The notes below the pieces were generated by a model. The model worked only from the letters and a program-made list of their open reading frames with translations. It did not search any database and was not told the origin of the DNA. Below, one piece after another: positions 1 to 12,790 of a stretch of DNA of 64,000 bases (its first letter is position 1; each line of letters starts with the position of its first letter). The position numbers and the translations under genes are program-made. Source of the stretch: Mobula hypostoma. Lineage: Eukaryota. The stretch is from positions 83,640,001 through 83,704,000 of the forward strand of contig NC_086108.1 in assembly GCF_963921235.1 (NCBI RefSeq), read 5' to 3'.

Positions 1-49
1 AAAGGGAAATTGAATCAGACACAACATATTTCTCTTTCCAGTGAACAAA

Positions 50-395
50 ATTCCCCCCCTCCCACTTCCTCTATTTCCCACTCTGACCTTTTATTTCTTC
101 TCACTTGCCTATTACTTCCTCCCATCCCCCTCTCCTTCCCTTTCTCCTATGGTCCACTCTCCTATTGTCCTATCAGATTCTTTCTTCTCCAGCCCTTTAC
201 CTTTCCCACCCACCTGGCTTCACCTCTCACCTTCCAGCTAGCCTATTTCCCTTCCCCCTACCTTTTTCTTCTGGCATCTTCCCCCTTCCTTCTCAGTCCC
301 GAAGAAGTGTCTTAGCCCAAAGCGTCAACTGTTTACTCTTTTCCATAGAATCTGCCCAGCTTGCTGAGCTCCTCCAGCATTTTGTGTGTGTTACT
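50..395 (+). mobile_element. Penelope-like element 3' tail with degenerate hammerhead motif
   Basis: Pyrimidine-rich tract, then CAGTC-CCGAAGA-AGTGTCTTAGCCC-AAAGCGTC-AACTG (294-331), then the GCTGAGCTCCTCCAGCATTTTGTGTG tail; homologous to 59408-59885. Confidence 0.7.
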
Positions 396-1549
396 TTAAT
401 ATTTGGCAGGACTATTGGTCTCCTTTTGTGTTTGGGCATCCACATTGTATTTCATTTGCCACATTGTTGTCTACTCAGCTTGTCCACATCCCCTTAATGC
501 TTCAGTATACTTGCTATAGTGGGAGTATAGCAAGGATTCACTAGACTGAGAATGTTGTATGAGGTGAGAGGTCTAGGCTATAAACAGAATAATAATCAAA
601 AATTCTGTTATGTAAAGTGCCTCATGTTGAAGCCGTTAAAGAACAAAAATAAATTTTAGATGATCAATGCAAAATGAGAGAACTCTAATTTAGAGAACCC
701 ACTGAGATATGGGGACTGGCTGATTCAGTGATGGTGTGCAAATGCATTTCAAGGAGAAGTAATTAGGCCTGATCCAGTCTGATTGGCCATTGTTTTTTTG
801 GGATGTGAATGCAGTCTGTCACTTTCCAGCTTAAGCCTAGGTGTTCTCCAGCTCTTGCAGTATATGGGATACAGTAGATATACGGTGAAAGGTAGAAGGT
901 TGAGATGGGAGCTAAGAGAATTTCTTTCACCATTTGTTCAAATCCAGTCTAGCACTATATAATTCAGGACCATTTGTTCCAGTTTGGTCAGTAGTGCTCC
1001 TGTTAAGCTCTAGGTTATTATTTATTAAAGTTTCTTGCCCATTATACTTTCTGGTGCCATTCATGCATCCTCCCATTTATGTTCAATGTGAAGAAACCCT
1101 GATTCATCAGCTGATGGGACTGTAAACAAAAATATACAGGAGGTTTCCTAAACCATACTCATGTAATCCAGAGTCAATAACTGGGGCCTCCCCTTGGCAT
1201 TCCTTCATGAGCTTTATGGTCCTCTTCTTTCTACTCTGGTCAGTCTGCCCTACCACTGCTAGAATGCATGGTGATGTGTCTGGGAGGTTATACGTCAGGT
1301 ATGATGTTTTGACCATGATTCTACCAGACTGTTGCTTGTCTAGTCTGTGGGCAGTTCTAATTTTGACACTACTACCCAGATGAGTTTGCAGGGCTGACTG
1401 TTCTTATGCCTTGATTCTATGCCAAGGCAGCAAATGAGTAATCCATTTGGATTTAATTTTATTTTCTTATTTGGTGGTTTGATGAATTTGAGTATCTTGT
1501 TTACACAACAGTTTAAAGCCGATGTCATTAGTGTTAGATTGAGTTTAAA

Positions 1550-1740
1550 ATACGGTAAATTTCATTCCCTAAAGGAAATCAATAAAAGAGCGGATTTTTA
1601 CAGCAGTCCAACAGCTTCTTGACCACTTTTACTCGTATCCATTACTTATTTTTGGGTAATCTTGCATAGGATTAAAATTTTCTACACGCATAGTGATATT
1701 TGAACCTGGATCCCTTGGAATATATATCCACTCTCCTGGA
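1550..1740 (-). mobile_element. Old SINE remnant
   Basis: Minus strand has a B-box-like GGATCCAGGTTCAAAT and a GAAGCTGTTGGACTGCTGTAAAAATCC...CCTTTAGGGAATGAA block resembling elasmobranch SINE bodies (from memory); highly diverged. Confidence 0.35.
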
Positions 1741-1981
1741 ACTACATAATCTGAGGTAATGTTATTATACGAACAGTAAAAATTTCCTTACTCTGCAAAA
1801 TTAAAAGAAAAGCAGTGGAATTATAGGAAGTCTAAAATTAAAAATTCAACAGGCAGCATCAATAGAGTAACAAAGTCAATCTTGAACACAAAGGACTAAC
1901 CATCAAAGCTGGAATTAGAAATGTAGACCCAAGACATTAGGGAGCTAAGAAACAAGAAGAGAGCTGAGTAGATTTATGATT

Positions 1982-2665
1982 TAGAAACACAGAAACATAG
2001 AAAACCTACAGCACAATACAGGCCCTTCGGCCCACAAATCTGTGCCAAACATGTCCTTACCTTAGAAATTACATAGGGTCACCCATTGCCCTCTATTTTT
2101 CTGAGCTCCGTGTACCTGTCCAGGAGTCCCTTAAAAGACCCTATCATATCCACCTCCACCACCATTGCTGGCAGCCCTTTCCACGCATTTACCACTCTCT
2201 GCATAAAAAACTTACCCCTGACATCTCTGTACCTACTTCTATGCACCTTAAACTGTGCCCTCTCGTGTTAGCTATTCCAGCCCTGGGAAAAAAGCCTCTG
2301 ACTATCCATACGATCAATGCCTCTCATCATCTTATACGCCTTTATCGGGTCACCTCTTATCTTCCATCGCTCCAAGGAAAAAAGGCTGAGTTCAAGAAAC
2401 CTATTCTCATAAGGCATGCTCCCCAACCCAGACAACATTCTTGTAAATCTCCTCTGGACCCTTTCTATGGTTTCCACATCCTTCCCATAGTGAGGCAACC
2501 AGAACTGAGCACAGTACTCCAAGTGGGGTCTGACCAGGGTCCTATATAGCTGCAACATTACCTCTCTGCTCCTACACTCAATCACACGATTGATGAAGGC
2601 CAATGCACCGTATGCCTTCTTAACCACAGAGTCAACCTGCGCAGCAGCTTTGAGTGTCCTATGGA
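1982..2665 (-). mobile_element. 5'-truncated CR1 LINE
   Basis: ORF 2268-2627 has the CR1 ORF2 C-terminus (LYRTLVRPHLEYCAQFW, RVQRRFTRM); (TTTCTATG)n-type tail at 1982-2003. Confidence 0.92.
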
Positions 2666-3190
2666 TAAGAAAGATAACATGGATGTTTAAATTTACATAA
2701 ATGATGGTTTAAAGGTTATGTGATAATGAAGATGCTAAAGTCAGAAACAGGGGAGATACAAATAGTAAATTCACAATCTAAATTCAGCGAAGAATGGGAC
2801 AATGGTTATGCTCTGAAGTTTCTGAACTCAATCGTGAAATTGTACAGCATCTAATTGAAATATAAAATGCTGTTGCTCAAGTAGAATTAAGTTGTAAAGA
2901 GCTATAAAGGAAATAAGCCAGAGATGGTATTTAACATTCTGGCATTTCTGTCTCATACACACAACTGTAGATATTTTCCAGGTTTATCAATTTCTCCATT
3001 TGCTTGATACTCACTGAAAATTGCAACAAGAATCTGCATTCAATTTTTATAACAACATCTTATTTATTTGATCTTTTGGGAGCCTAGTTACAATAGTAAA
3101 ATATTGCCTGTCAAAATTAGTGGCTGAAAAGGATGAAAATTATCCAGCCATCCATTCATGATACTTGTTTTTACATTTGAATCATGCTAA

Positions 3191-4183
3191 TGTAACCGGG
3201 TGATGGTCGAATCTTATTCATTATCGTTAAAATTGTACTTAGGCATCCATCCGGGTAATGCTAGAACAGTTGTCTGTGCCTTTAGGTGGAGACAGTGATG
3301 TCATTACGCACACAGGGGATAGTGGGGAGACCATTTTTGTTTTAGAAACATAGAAACATAGAAAATAGGTGTAGGAGTAGGCCATTCGGCCCTTCGAGCC
3401 TGCACCGCCATTTATTATGATCATGGCTGATCCTCCAACTCAGCGTTTTCTGCAGAAGAAGCTGGTGGGGCTTTGGGATTAAGTTCCTCCCAGAGGTACT
3501 GGGCATAGTGAGGAAAGGTGAGTGTTAATTGATGATATCCATGTAAATTTGTTTATACTTGCTGGCAAATCGAGAATATCGGTAATTTGACATGTTTTAC
3601 ATGTGGATGCTTTAGATTTTCACGAGTGAAGGCATCGACACTGGATAGCGTGGCTTGTGCAAAGTTCCTTACCGGCCAAGTGGGACAGTCTTCCTGTATT
3701 TTAACTACCAGGCAATATCTTGTCAAAGTTGTGTCAAAATGTACCTTTTGTCTAACATTAGTGTATCATGACTGATTGTGAATGTAACAGCATAATGTGA
3801 ATGTTTAGTCTCTGTTTGGAAGTTAAGCCTGTGTGTACTAAAAGGGAGTAGACATCTTAGATGAGATGTATTCGCCTACATTTTCACTGCTCTGTATAAG
3901 GTAAAGGGTTGGTGGGATTCTAATGTTGTTTGTATTGTGTTCCTTCAGAATTGCCACTACTGTATTAGTTTTGGGAGGTTTGATTTATGTATTTTTATAC
4001 TGCATACACAATTCATCAATACACAAGGGTGTATCGAAAGTTAAACTGAGATTGTAATGGCAGGAACTGGTTGTAATTCATTCGTTTTGTTTTAAGACCT
4101 TCTTCCGGCACTAAACCAGATAAAGTAATTAAAACCCAAAAAAGTATTTGTTGTCCTGAGTGTGTACTTTTCCCCAGACTACA
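3191..4183 (+). repeat. Gypsy 5' LTR (contains a 101-bp CR1 insertion)
   Basis: Colinear with 11893-12790; TG...CA ends; followed by the PBS. Confidence 0.93.
3344..3444 (-). mobile_element. Very short CR1 3' end in the 5' LTR
   Basis: Absent from the 3' LTR; (TTTCTATG)n tail; flanked by GTTTT at 3339-3343 and 3445-3449. Confidence 0.88.
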
Positions 4184-4188
4184 AAATT

Positions 4189-4207
4189 TGGTACCAGGAG
4201 TGGGGTT
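4189..4207 (+). promoter_or_regulatory. Primer binding site (tRNA-Leu)
   Basis: TGGTACCAGGAGTGGGGTT lies 5 nt after the LTR and is the reverse complement of the 3' end of vertebrate tRNA-Leu(UAA) (...AACCCCACUCCUGGUACCA, recalled). Confidence 0.85.
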
Positions 4208-4685
4208 AATTCCAAGCCAGTTTAGAGGGTCTCTGATTGTTGTATGCAGTATAATATACAATAACTAATACGGTAGTGGTGAAGACCAGGACCGCTATTC
4301 CCATCGGGCGGAAGGAGAGAGCACCTGTTGCCACATGGAGAGCGTGGTAGAGCCTCGGGAACGGGCTGGGACGTCAGCAACTGACGTCAGGATGCAGAAC
4401 GGAGACGTGGATCCAGGGAACTGCGGACAGTGAAGTCATCGCGTTTGCAGCAAAGGACGGCAGCAACTCTTTTTGCAGACTTGTTGTGAAAACTTTAAAG
4501 ACTTGAACTTCTACTATGTCACGGTCGGAGGATATACCAGCTGAACTTGATTTGAATGAACAAATTAGGGAATTGCATAGTAGCTATGATGAAGCCATGG
4601 CAACCATAGATAAATTAAGCAAAAGGTCCTACGTATATGTCCCAAGGGAAAGACATATTGTTCCATTTACGGGGGATGTTGAGAA

Positions 4686-6474
4686 ACCATAGAAACTACA
4701 GCACAGAAACAGGCCTTTTGGCCCTTCTTGGTTGTGCCGAACCATTTTCTGCCTAGTCCCACTGGCCTGCACACGGACCATATCCCTCCATACACCTCCC
4801 ACCCATGTATCTGTCCAATTTATTCTTAAATGTTAAAAAAGAACCCGCATTTACCACCTCGTCTGGCAGCTCATTCCATACTCCCACCACTCTCTGTGTG
4901 AAGAAGCCCCCCCTAATGTTCCCTTTAAACATTTCCCCCCTCACCCTTAACCCATGTCCTCTGGTTTTTTTCTCCCCTTGCCTCAGTGGAAAAAGCCTGC
5001 TTGCATTTACTCTATCTATACCCATCATAATTTTATATACCTCTATCAAATCTCCCCTTATTCTTCTACGCTCCAGGGAATAAAGTCCTAACCTATTCAA
5101 CCTTTCTCTGTAACTGAGTTTCTCAAGTCCCGGCAACATCCTTGTAAACCTTCTCTGCACTCTTTCAACCTTATTTATGTCCTTCAGTTTTGGTCACCAA
5201 ATTACCGGAACACAATACTCCAGATTCGGCCTCACCAATGCCTTATACAACCTCATCATAACATTCCAGCTCTTATACTCAATACTTTGCTTAATAAAGG
5301 CCAATGTACCAAAAGCTCTCTTTATGACCCTATCTACCTGTGACGCCACTTTTAGGGAACCTTGTGTCTGTATTCCCAGATCCCTCTGTTCCACTGCACT
5401 CCTCAGTGCCTTATCATTAACCCTGTATGTTCTACATTGGTTTGTCCTTCCAACGTGCATTACCTCACACTTGTCTGTATTAAACTCCATCTGCCATTTT
5501 TCAGCCCATTTTTCCAGCTGGTCCAAGTCCCTCTGCAGGCTCTGAAAACCTTCCTCACTGTCTACTACACCTCCAATCTTTGTATCATCAGCAAATTTGC
5601 TGATCCAATTCACCACATTATCATCCAGATCATTGATATAGATGACAAATAACAACGGACCCAGCACTGATCCCTGTGGTACACCACTAGTCACAGGGCA
5701 CTGATCCTGTGGTACACCACCAGTCACAGGGCACTGATCCCTGTGGCACACCACTAGTCACAGGGCACTGATCCCTGTGGTACACCACTAGTCACAGGGC
5801 ACTGATCCCTGTGGCACACCACTAGTCACAGGAGCACTGATCCCTGTGGCACACCACTAGTCACAGGGCACTGATCCCTGTGGCACACCACTAGTCACAG
5901 GGCACTGATCCTGTGGTACACCACTAGTCACAGGGCACTGATCCCTGTGGCACACCACTAGTCACAGGGCACTGATCCCTGTGGCACACCACTAGTCACA
6001 GGAGCACTGATCCCTGTGGCACACCACTAGTCACAGGGCACTGATTCCTGTGGTACACCACTAGTCACAGGGCACTGATCCCTGTGGCACACCACTAGTC
6101 ACAGGGCACTGATCCCTGTGGCACACCACTAGTCACAGGGCACTGATCCCTGGCACACCACTAGTCACAGGGCACTGATCCCTGTGGCACACCACTGGTC
6201 ACAGGGCACTGATCCCTGTGGTACACCACTAGTCACAGGAGCACTGATCCCTGTGGCACACCACTAGTCACAGGGCACTGATCTCTGTGGTACACCACTA
6301 GTCACAGGGCACTGATCCCTGTGGCACACCACTAGTCACAGGGCACTGATCTCTGTGGTACACCACTAGTCACAGGAGCACTGATCCCTGTGGCACACCA
6401 CTAGTCACAGGGCACTGATCCCTGTGGCACACCACTAGTCACAGGGCACTGATCTCTGTGGTACACTAGTCACT
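4686..6474 (-). mobile_element. 5'-truncated CR1 inside gag, with minisatellite at its 5' end
   Basis: RT motifs [10 protein letters not shown] and KFADDTK (ORF 5194-5754); AGAA TSD at 4682-4685 and 6475-6478. Confidence 0.93.
5664..6474. repeat. 34-bp minisatellite, ~24 copies
   Basis: Unit GCACTGATCCCTGTGGYACACCACTAGTCACAGG head-to-tail with small indel variants; no spacers. Confidence 0.97.
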
Positions 6475-7379
6475 AGAAGGATGGGAGGTCTGTTGATGAC
6501 TTTATTGAAGAAGTACAACGTGCACTTCATACTAGAAATCAGTCTGACCAGGATCAGTATGACTTTGTTATGTCCCTGCTCAGGGGTGCAGCCTTAGAGG
6601 AAGAAAATATGTGCAGTGATGTTGAGGAAGACCGGGCTGATGACTTGTTCACCTATCTCAGGGAAGCTTTTAGAGACAAGAATAGTGCACCCCAGCTATT
6701 GCAAAGCTTCTACAGTCATAAACAGCGTGAGGGTGAAGATGTAAGCGAGTTTTCACATGCCCTAGCCCGAGTAACTTGCTACTGAAGCACTCCCCTGATG
6801 CCGTGACCGATAAGAGGTGGTGTTAAGAGATCAATTTATAGAGGGGATCCGGGATCCTTCCCTCAGAAGGGAGCTCCACAGATTCGTATGGGGTCACCCT
6901 GAGTCCTCAATGATAGAAGTGAGGGAGGAGGCTCGTCTGTGGCTCGTAAAAGAGCCCCTGGGAAATACAAAGTCTGGAAAGTCAAAGTGTAGCAGTGGCC
7001 AGGCACAGTGCTCGATTCTTAAAGCTCGGGAATCTGAGTCAGTCACACTAGATGACATCCTTAAAGTAGTCGCAGAGCAGGGCAAAGCCCTTTGTGAATT
7101 GACTCAAGCAGTGAAAGATCTCACTGTACAGAGGGATTTTACACTCGCTACTAGCGGTAGGTGTAAGTTACAGCCTAGGTTCACAGAAGATGGGCAACCA
7201 ATATGTTTCAAGTGTCTGGTGGGAGGGCATTTGGCCAGGAATTGCCCACGGAAGTGGGGCACAAGGGAAGTGGAGCCCGCATCCTCCCTCCCTCAAGAGG
7301 TTGGGAGTCGGGCAATTCAGCGGAACCTCATAGATACAGATAATGTACAGCTATCCCGTGACCATTTGCTGCAACGCGC

Positions 7380-10300
7380 CATAGGAACATATCCAGTTGT
7401 TCAGCTTGAAATATCAGGTGTCGCTGTCCTTTGTCTGTTGGACACAGGTAGTCACCCTGACCGAGCAGATTTTTCAAGAACACCTGAATGGAGAGGACGA
7501 GGGTATATTGTCCACTGCTGGCTGGCTTAGGCTAACAGCTGCAAATGGTCTTGATATTCCTTACCTTGGGTATCTAGAGCTAGAGGTTCAAGCAATGGGC
7601 ATGAGGATACCAAATTGTGGCTTTCTAGTAGTCAGGGATTCTGTTAGCACCGAACCACCTATCCCATGTATTGTAGGCATGAACATTATCAGCCAACTTG
7701 TCTACACAGAGTTTGACACAACCCTAGAAGGGAAGCTGGATTCTGATTGGAGAGATATTTTCCAGAAAGTGCAGATGTACACTACTGAAAAGAAAGCAGT
7801 AGTCCGAGTATTGGGAAAAGATACTGAGCACATTTCTGCTGGATCTGTAGTAAGTACTCCAACTAGCAAGGCCACTGGCGATGCTGGTAGTGATCATAAA
7901 ATGTTACTTGAGCCATTTAACATCCCTTTACCAGGAGGTATCATAGTCATTCCTAAGCTCATTGACTCTGGTAATCGTATAGTGCCAGTGCAGATTTTAG
8001 ACCTCTCTCGAGAGGATGTATGGCTCACACCTAGGACCCGGCTGGGTATCCTGTCAAAGGTGAAGTGCATAGATAGTGATCCACAATGTGCAACAAGATT
8101 TCAGCGGATCTCAGCTAACAGTGGGTGTAAAGGAGGAGTGTAGTAATCACAAGTTAAAGTCAATTCTAGACAAGCTGGACACTGGGGGTCGTGAAGGACA
8201 ACAAGCTCAGTTAAGAGCTTTACTGATTAAGTACCTGGATTTCTTTGCAGTTGAAGAGGAAGACCCTGGGTACACTGACAAGGTCAAGCATGAAATTCAG
8301 TTAATTGATGACGAGCCTGTTTCACAGCTGTACTGTCGCGTTCCGCCGAATCAGTACAATGAAGTGAAAGAGCACATCTCAAAGTTGTTGAAGAAGGGTG
8401 TGATTCAGGAGAGCAATAGTGCGTATGCCTCACCTGTGGTGTTGGTCCAGAAGGCCGATCGTAGCATAAGACTGTGTAGATTATCGGGGACTGAATCTTA
8501 AGACCAGAAAGGACGCGTTCCCACTCCCGCGTATTGATGAGAGTTTTGATGCCCTGCAGGGAGCGCAATTTTTCTCGACAATAGACCTCGCGAGTGGTTA
8601 CCACCAAGTGGCTGTAGAGGAGCGTGATAGGCATAAGACTGCTTTTTCGACCCCGTTTGGTCTGTATGAATATCTTCGCATGTCGTTTGGGGTCTGCAAT
8701 GGACCGGCGACTTTTCAAAGGCTCATCTAGGCAACCATGAATGGCTTAGTCTTCCAAATCATGCTTGTGTACTTGGATGATATTGTGGTGTATTCACAGA
8801 CTTTTCCGGAACACTCGGAGAGGTTCGACACTGTGCTTAAGGGCCTCCAGGAGACTGGTCTGAAGGTAAAACTGGGGAAGTGTCATTTTCTGCAGTCAGA
8901 GGTTGAGTTCTTAGGACACCAGATATCACCCAAGGGGATAGGCACTGATCCTGAGAAGGCCTCAGCTGTTCAGCGGCAGCCAGTACCATCGACAGTTAAG
9001 GACTTAAGATCGTTTCTTGGCTTTTGCAGTTATTATCGACGATTCATTCAGGGATTCTCAAAGATTGCAGAGCCACTGCATGATGTAGTGAATTTGTGTA
9101 CTAATCAACACCACAGGTGATTCCAAGTAAAACAAACCGGCTGTTAAAACAGTCTTGGACGGAAGAATGTCAAACTGCCTTTGACTTGCTCAAAGAGTAA
9201 AAACTGACCAGTTCTCCCATCCATGGCTTTGCCGATTTTTCCCAGCCCTTTATAGTGGAGACCGATGCCAGCAGTCATGGGCTAGGAGCTGTGTTATACC
9301 AACAGCAAGGAGACGCAAAGAGGGTTAGTGCATATGCAAGCCAGCGGTTAAGGAATGCCGAAAAGAATGATAGGAATTATAGCAGCATGAAATTGGAGCT
9401 GCTTGCACTTAAGTGGGCTGTAGTAGAGAAGTTTTGTGGATACTTGTTGGGTTCCAAATTCACTGTAATCACTGACAATAACCCCTTATCCCACTTGAAA
9501 GCTGCCAAGTTGGGAGCAGTGGAGCAGAGATGGATCTCACAGCTGTCAGTGTTTGACTTCGATGTCCAGTATCGTCCCGGTCCGAGCAATACCATGGCAG
9601 ATGCTCTCTCCAGGCAGCCATTTGCAGGAGAGCCTGAGCTTGTCTCAGAGGATGCAGAGTTTGATGGGGCTGTGGCGATCTGTAGTTTGATCAATCGTGG
9701 CACTGCTCTTGACCCGGCACTGGTTACTGCTGGTCTTAACAGCTGTAGGGTTAAGCAAATTCGAGCCTGGGAAGCTGGTACTAGTGATGTAAGTGGTCTG
9801 ATGCAAGGGAACACTCCAACCCTCCCAGGTTATTCTAATGGGGACTTGCGTACTTTTCAGCAGCAAGACCCTGTGTTAAGTGTCTTAAGAGACTTATGGG
9901 ATCAGAAAAGGAAGCTGAGTGGCCAGGAGCGTAAAACTCTGCCTAAACCTGTTTTGTCTCTGTTAAAGCACTGGGACAGTATCAGGGAGCGTAAAGGGTT
10001 CCTGTATAGGGTAGTTGAGGATGAGAAGCTTGGGGAGTGTTACCAGCTTCTGGTACCTATCAGCTTGAGGAGCAAAGTGTTAGAGTATGTACATGACTCT
10101 ATGGGTCATCAAGGCATAGAACGTACTCTGCAGTTGTTGAGAAGCCGATGTTTTTTGGGTGGGCATAAACGAGGACGTGGCCACGTTGTGTGCTAACTAA
10201 GATGCAGCAACCTAGGATCCGTCTCCCCATGAAGTCATTTCTGGCTTCTAGGCCGCTTGAAGTTGTAGCGGTAGATTTCACTGTGTTGAAGCCGGCAACT

Positions 10301-11860
10301 GACGGGCATGAGACTGTCTTAGTGGTCACGGACGTTTTCACTAAATTTACCCAAGCATTTCCGACTTGGGATCAGAAGGCGGATACCACAGCAAGGGTGC
10401 TTTTGAGGGAATGGTTCATGAAGTATGGTGTTCCTGAGAGATTGCATTCTGACCAGGGCCATAACTTCGAAAGTGAGGTCATAGCGGAGCTTTGCAAACT
10501 ATATGGAGTAAAGAAAAGCCGTACCACATCTCATCATCCTACTGAAAACGCGCAGTGTGAGCGTTTCAACAGGATGTTGCATGATCTGTTGCATACGTTA
10601 CCTCCAGAAAAGAAGCGCAGATGGCCAGAACATCTACCCGAGTTGGTGTACGCATATAATGCGACACCTCACGTCACCACTGGGTATTCACCTTACTGTC
10701 TGCTGTTTGGGGTGGATCCCCACTTGCCCGTGGATGCTCTGCTGGGGCAAGAACAGACGGTGGACCAGAAACGTGACTGGCTAGCTGTACACCAGAGCCG
10801 ACTGAGGGATGCGCATGCCAGAGCAAAAGAATAAGAGGAATAGATAAAATGGATAGCCAGCGCCTCTTCCCCAGGGCACCGCTGCTCAATACAAGAGGGC
10901 ATGGCTTTAAGGTAAGGGGTGGGAAGTTCAAGGGGGATATTAGAGGAAGGCTTTTTACTCAGAGAGTGGTTGTTGCGTGGAATGCACTGCCTGAGTCAGT
11001 GGTGGAGGCAGATACACTAGTGAAGTTTAAGAGGCTACTAGACAGGAATATGGAGGAATTTAAGGTGGGAGCTTATATGGGAGGCAGGGTTTGAGGGTTG
11101 GCACAACATTGCGGGCCGAAGGGCCTGTACTGTGCTGTACTATTCTATGTTCTATATTCTATGTTCTATCTATTAATACTCTCAACAGGAGGCGGCAGAA
11201 CACATTGCCTGGCAGGAGGACAAAGTGTACTGTCCCAAAGTTAATGTGAATGCGCTGGTTAACCTGAGGAACAGATCATTAGGCCGTAATAAGATACAGG
11301 ATGCTCAGAACTCAACCGTCTACAGGATGGTCGAGGTACTAGACAACACATACACTGTGGAACCTTTGGAGGGTGGGCCTAGCAAGAGAGTGAACAGGGT
11401 AGACATCAGGTCCTGTGAGAACCATCCGACTCCAGCTACCTGAAGAAGATTGCAATCTCCAGTAACTCAGGCCAGATCACCCCTGGGGCATGAATCAGAT
11501 TCTGAGGATTCAGAGAATGGTGTGATAGTAGTAGAAGATATGTCAGAACAGGGTGCACAGTCCTGACCCTAGTGGAGACAGCATATCTTCCAAAAATATG
11601 ACACCTTCTGGAACTGAGACGGGGGAGCCAACAACGGCTAATGCAGGGGCAGAGGTCGGTAGCCCTCCTGTAGCAGCACCCCACAGGAGTAAACGAGTAA
11701 ATGCTGGACAGCACCCCAACCCACATCGCGAACCAAGGTCAGTCCTTGATGAGGTCTCCATAAGTCCAGCAGCTGTGTCTGAGATACTGGCTAGTCTCAG
11801 TTCAGTTCTCTTTAGAGAATCAGTTAAGGAGGTTAAAAGTACCCTTGTAGTTAGCGAGTA
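7380..11860 (+). pseudogene. pol: Gypsy pol (PR, RT, RNase H, integrase), frameshifted
   Basis: LLDTGS ~7435; YASPVVLV; YLDD ~8769; ETDAS, ELLAL, TDNNPL, ADALSR; HDSMGHQG; VAVDF, HSDQG, ERFN; several stops and frameshifts. Confidence 0.94.
10834..11174 (+). mobile_element. CR1 3' end inserted in integrase C-terminus
   Basis: TRGHGFKV...FTQRVV..WNALP; (TTCTATG)n tail; AATA TSD at 10830-10833 and 11175-11178; excision restores AKEYSQQEAAE. Confidence 0.92.
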
Positions 11861-11883
11861 ATCAAGGACGATTACTTGAATGC

Positions 11884-11892
11884 AGGGGAGAA
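11884..11892 (+). promoter_or_regulatory. Polypurine tract
   Basis: AGGGGAGAA directly before the 3' LTR. Confidence 0.8.
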
Positions 11893-12790
11893 TGTAACCG
11901 GGTGACCATCAAATCTTATTCATTATCGTTAAAATTGTACTTAGGCATCCATCCGGGTAATGCTAGAACAGTTGTCTGTGCCTTTAGGTGGAGATGGTGA
12001 TGTCATTACGCACGCGTGGAATAGTGAGGAGACAATTTTTGTTTTCTGCAGAAGAAGCTGGTGGGGCTTTGGGATTAAGTTTCTCCCAGAGATACTGGGC
12101 ATGGTGAGGAAAGGTGAGTATTAATTGATGATATCCATTTGAATTCATTTATGCTTGTTGGCGAATCGAGAATATCAGTAATTTGACATGTTTTACATGT
12201 GGATGCTTTAGATTTTCACAAGTGAAGGCATCGGCATTGGATAACGTGGCTTGTGCAAAGTTCCTTATTGGCCAAGTGGGTCAGTCTTCCTGTAATTTAA
12301 CTACCAGGCAATATCTTGTAAAAGTTGTGCCAAAGTGTACCTTTTGTCTAACATTATTGTATCATGACTGATTGTGAATGTAACAGCATAACGTGAATGT
12401 TTAGTCTCTGTATGGAAGTTAAGCACGTGTATACTAAAAAGGAGTAGACATCTTAAATGAGATGTATTCGCCTACATTTTCACTGCTCTGTATAAGGTAC
12501 AGGGTTGGTAGGATTCTATGTTGTTTGTATTGTGTTCCTTCAGAATTGCCACTACCGTATTAGTTTTGTGCGGTTCGCTTTATGTATTTTTATACTGCAT
12601 ACACAATTCGTCGATACACAAGGGCGTGGATTGAAAGTTAAACTGGGATTGTAATGGCAGGAACTGGTTGTAAATTCGTTCATTTTGTTTTGAGACCCTC
12701 TTCCAGCACTAAAACATCTAAAACAGATAAAGGAATTAAAACCCGAAAAAGTATTTGCTACCCTGAATATGTACTTTTCCCCAGGATACA
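11893..12790 (+). repeat. Gypsy 3' LTR
   Basis: Direct repeat of the 5' LTR, with by-eye divergence of roughly 5-10%. Confidence 0.93.

Larger units (their letters stand above)
4335..7300 (+). pseudogene. gag: Gypsy gag (split by CR1, frameshifted)
   Basis: Removing 4686-6478 restores PFTGDVEKDGRSVDDFIEEV; also LRDQFIEGI and the knuckle CFKCLVGGHLARNC (~7204-7245). Confidence 0.88.
3191..12790 (+). mobile_element. Gypsy (Metaviridae) LTR retrotransposon, full structure but disrupted
   Basis: Two ~0.9-kb direct LTRs (TGTAAC...TACA), PBS, PPT, CCHC knuckle, LLDTGS protease, YLDD RT, RNase H and D,D,E integrase in PR-RT-RH-IN order. Confidence 0.96.

Noticed and set aside
10..497. Pro/Leu/Ser-rich ORFs, and similar short ORFs throughout
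   Set aside because: Translations of pyrimidine tracts or antisense frames of TEs.
4082..4110. Hammerhead-like motif on the minus strand of the Gypsy LTRs
   Set aside because: CCGGAAGA...AAAAC lacks exact core boxes and stems in both LTRs.
5664..6474. CRISPR-like array
   Set aside because: Units are head-to-tail with no unique spacers, derive from CR1 RT, and there are no cas genes.
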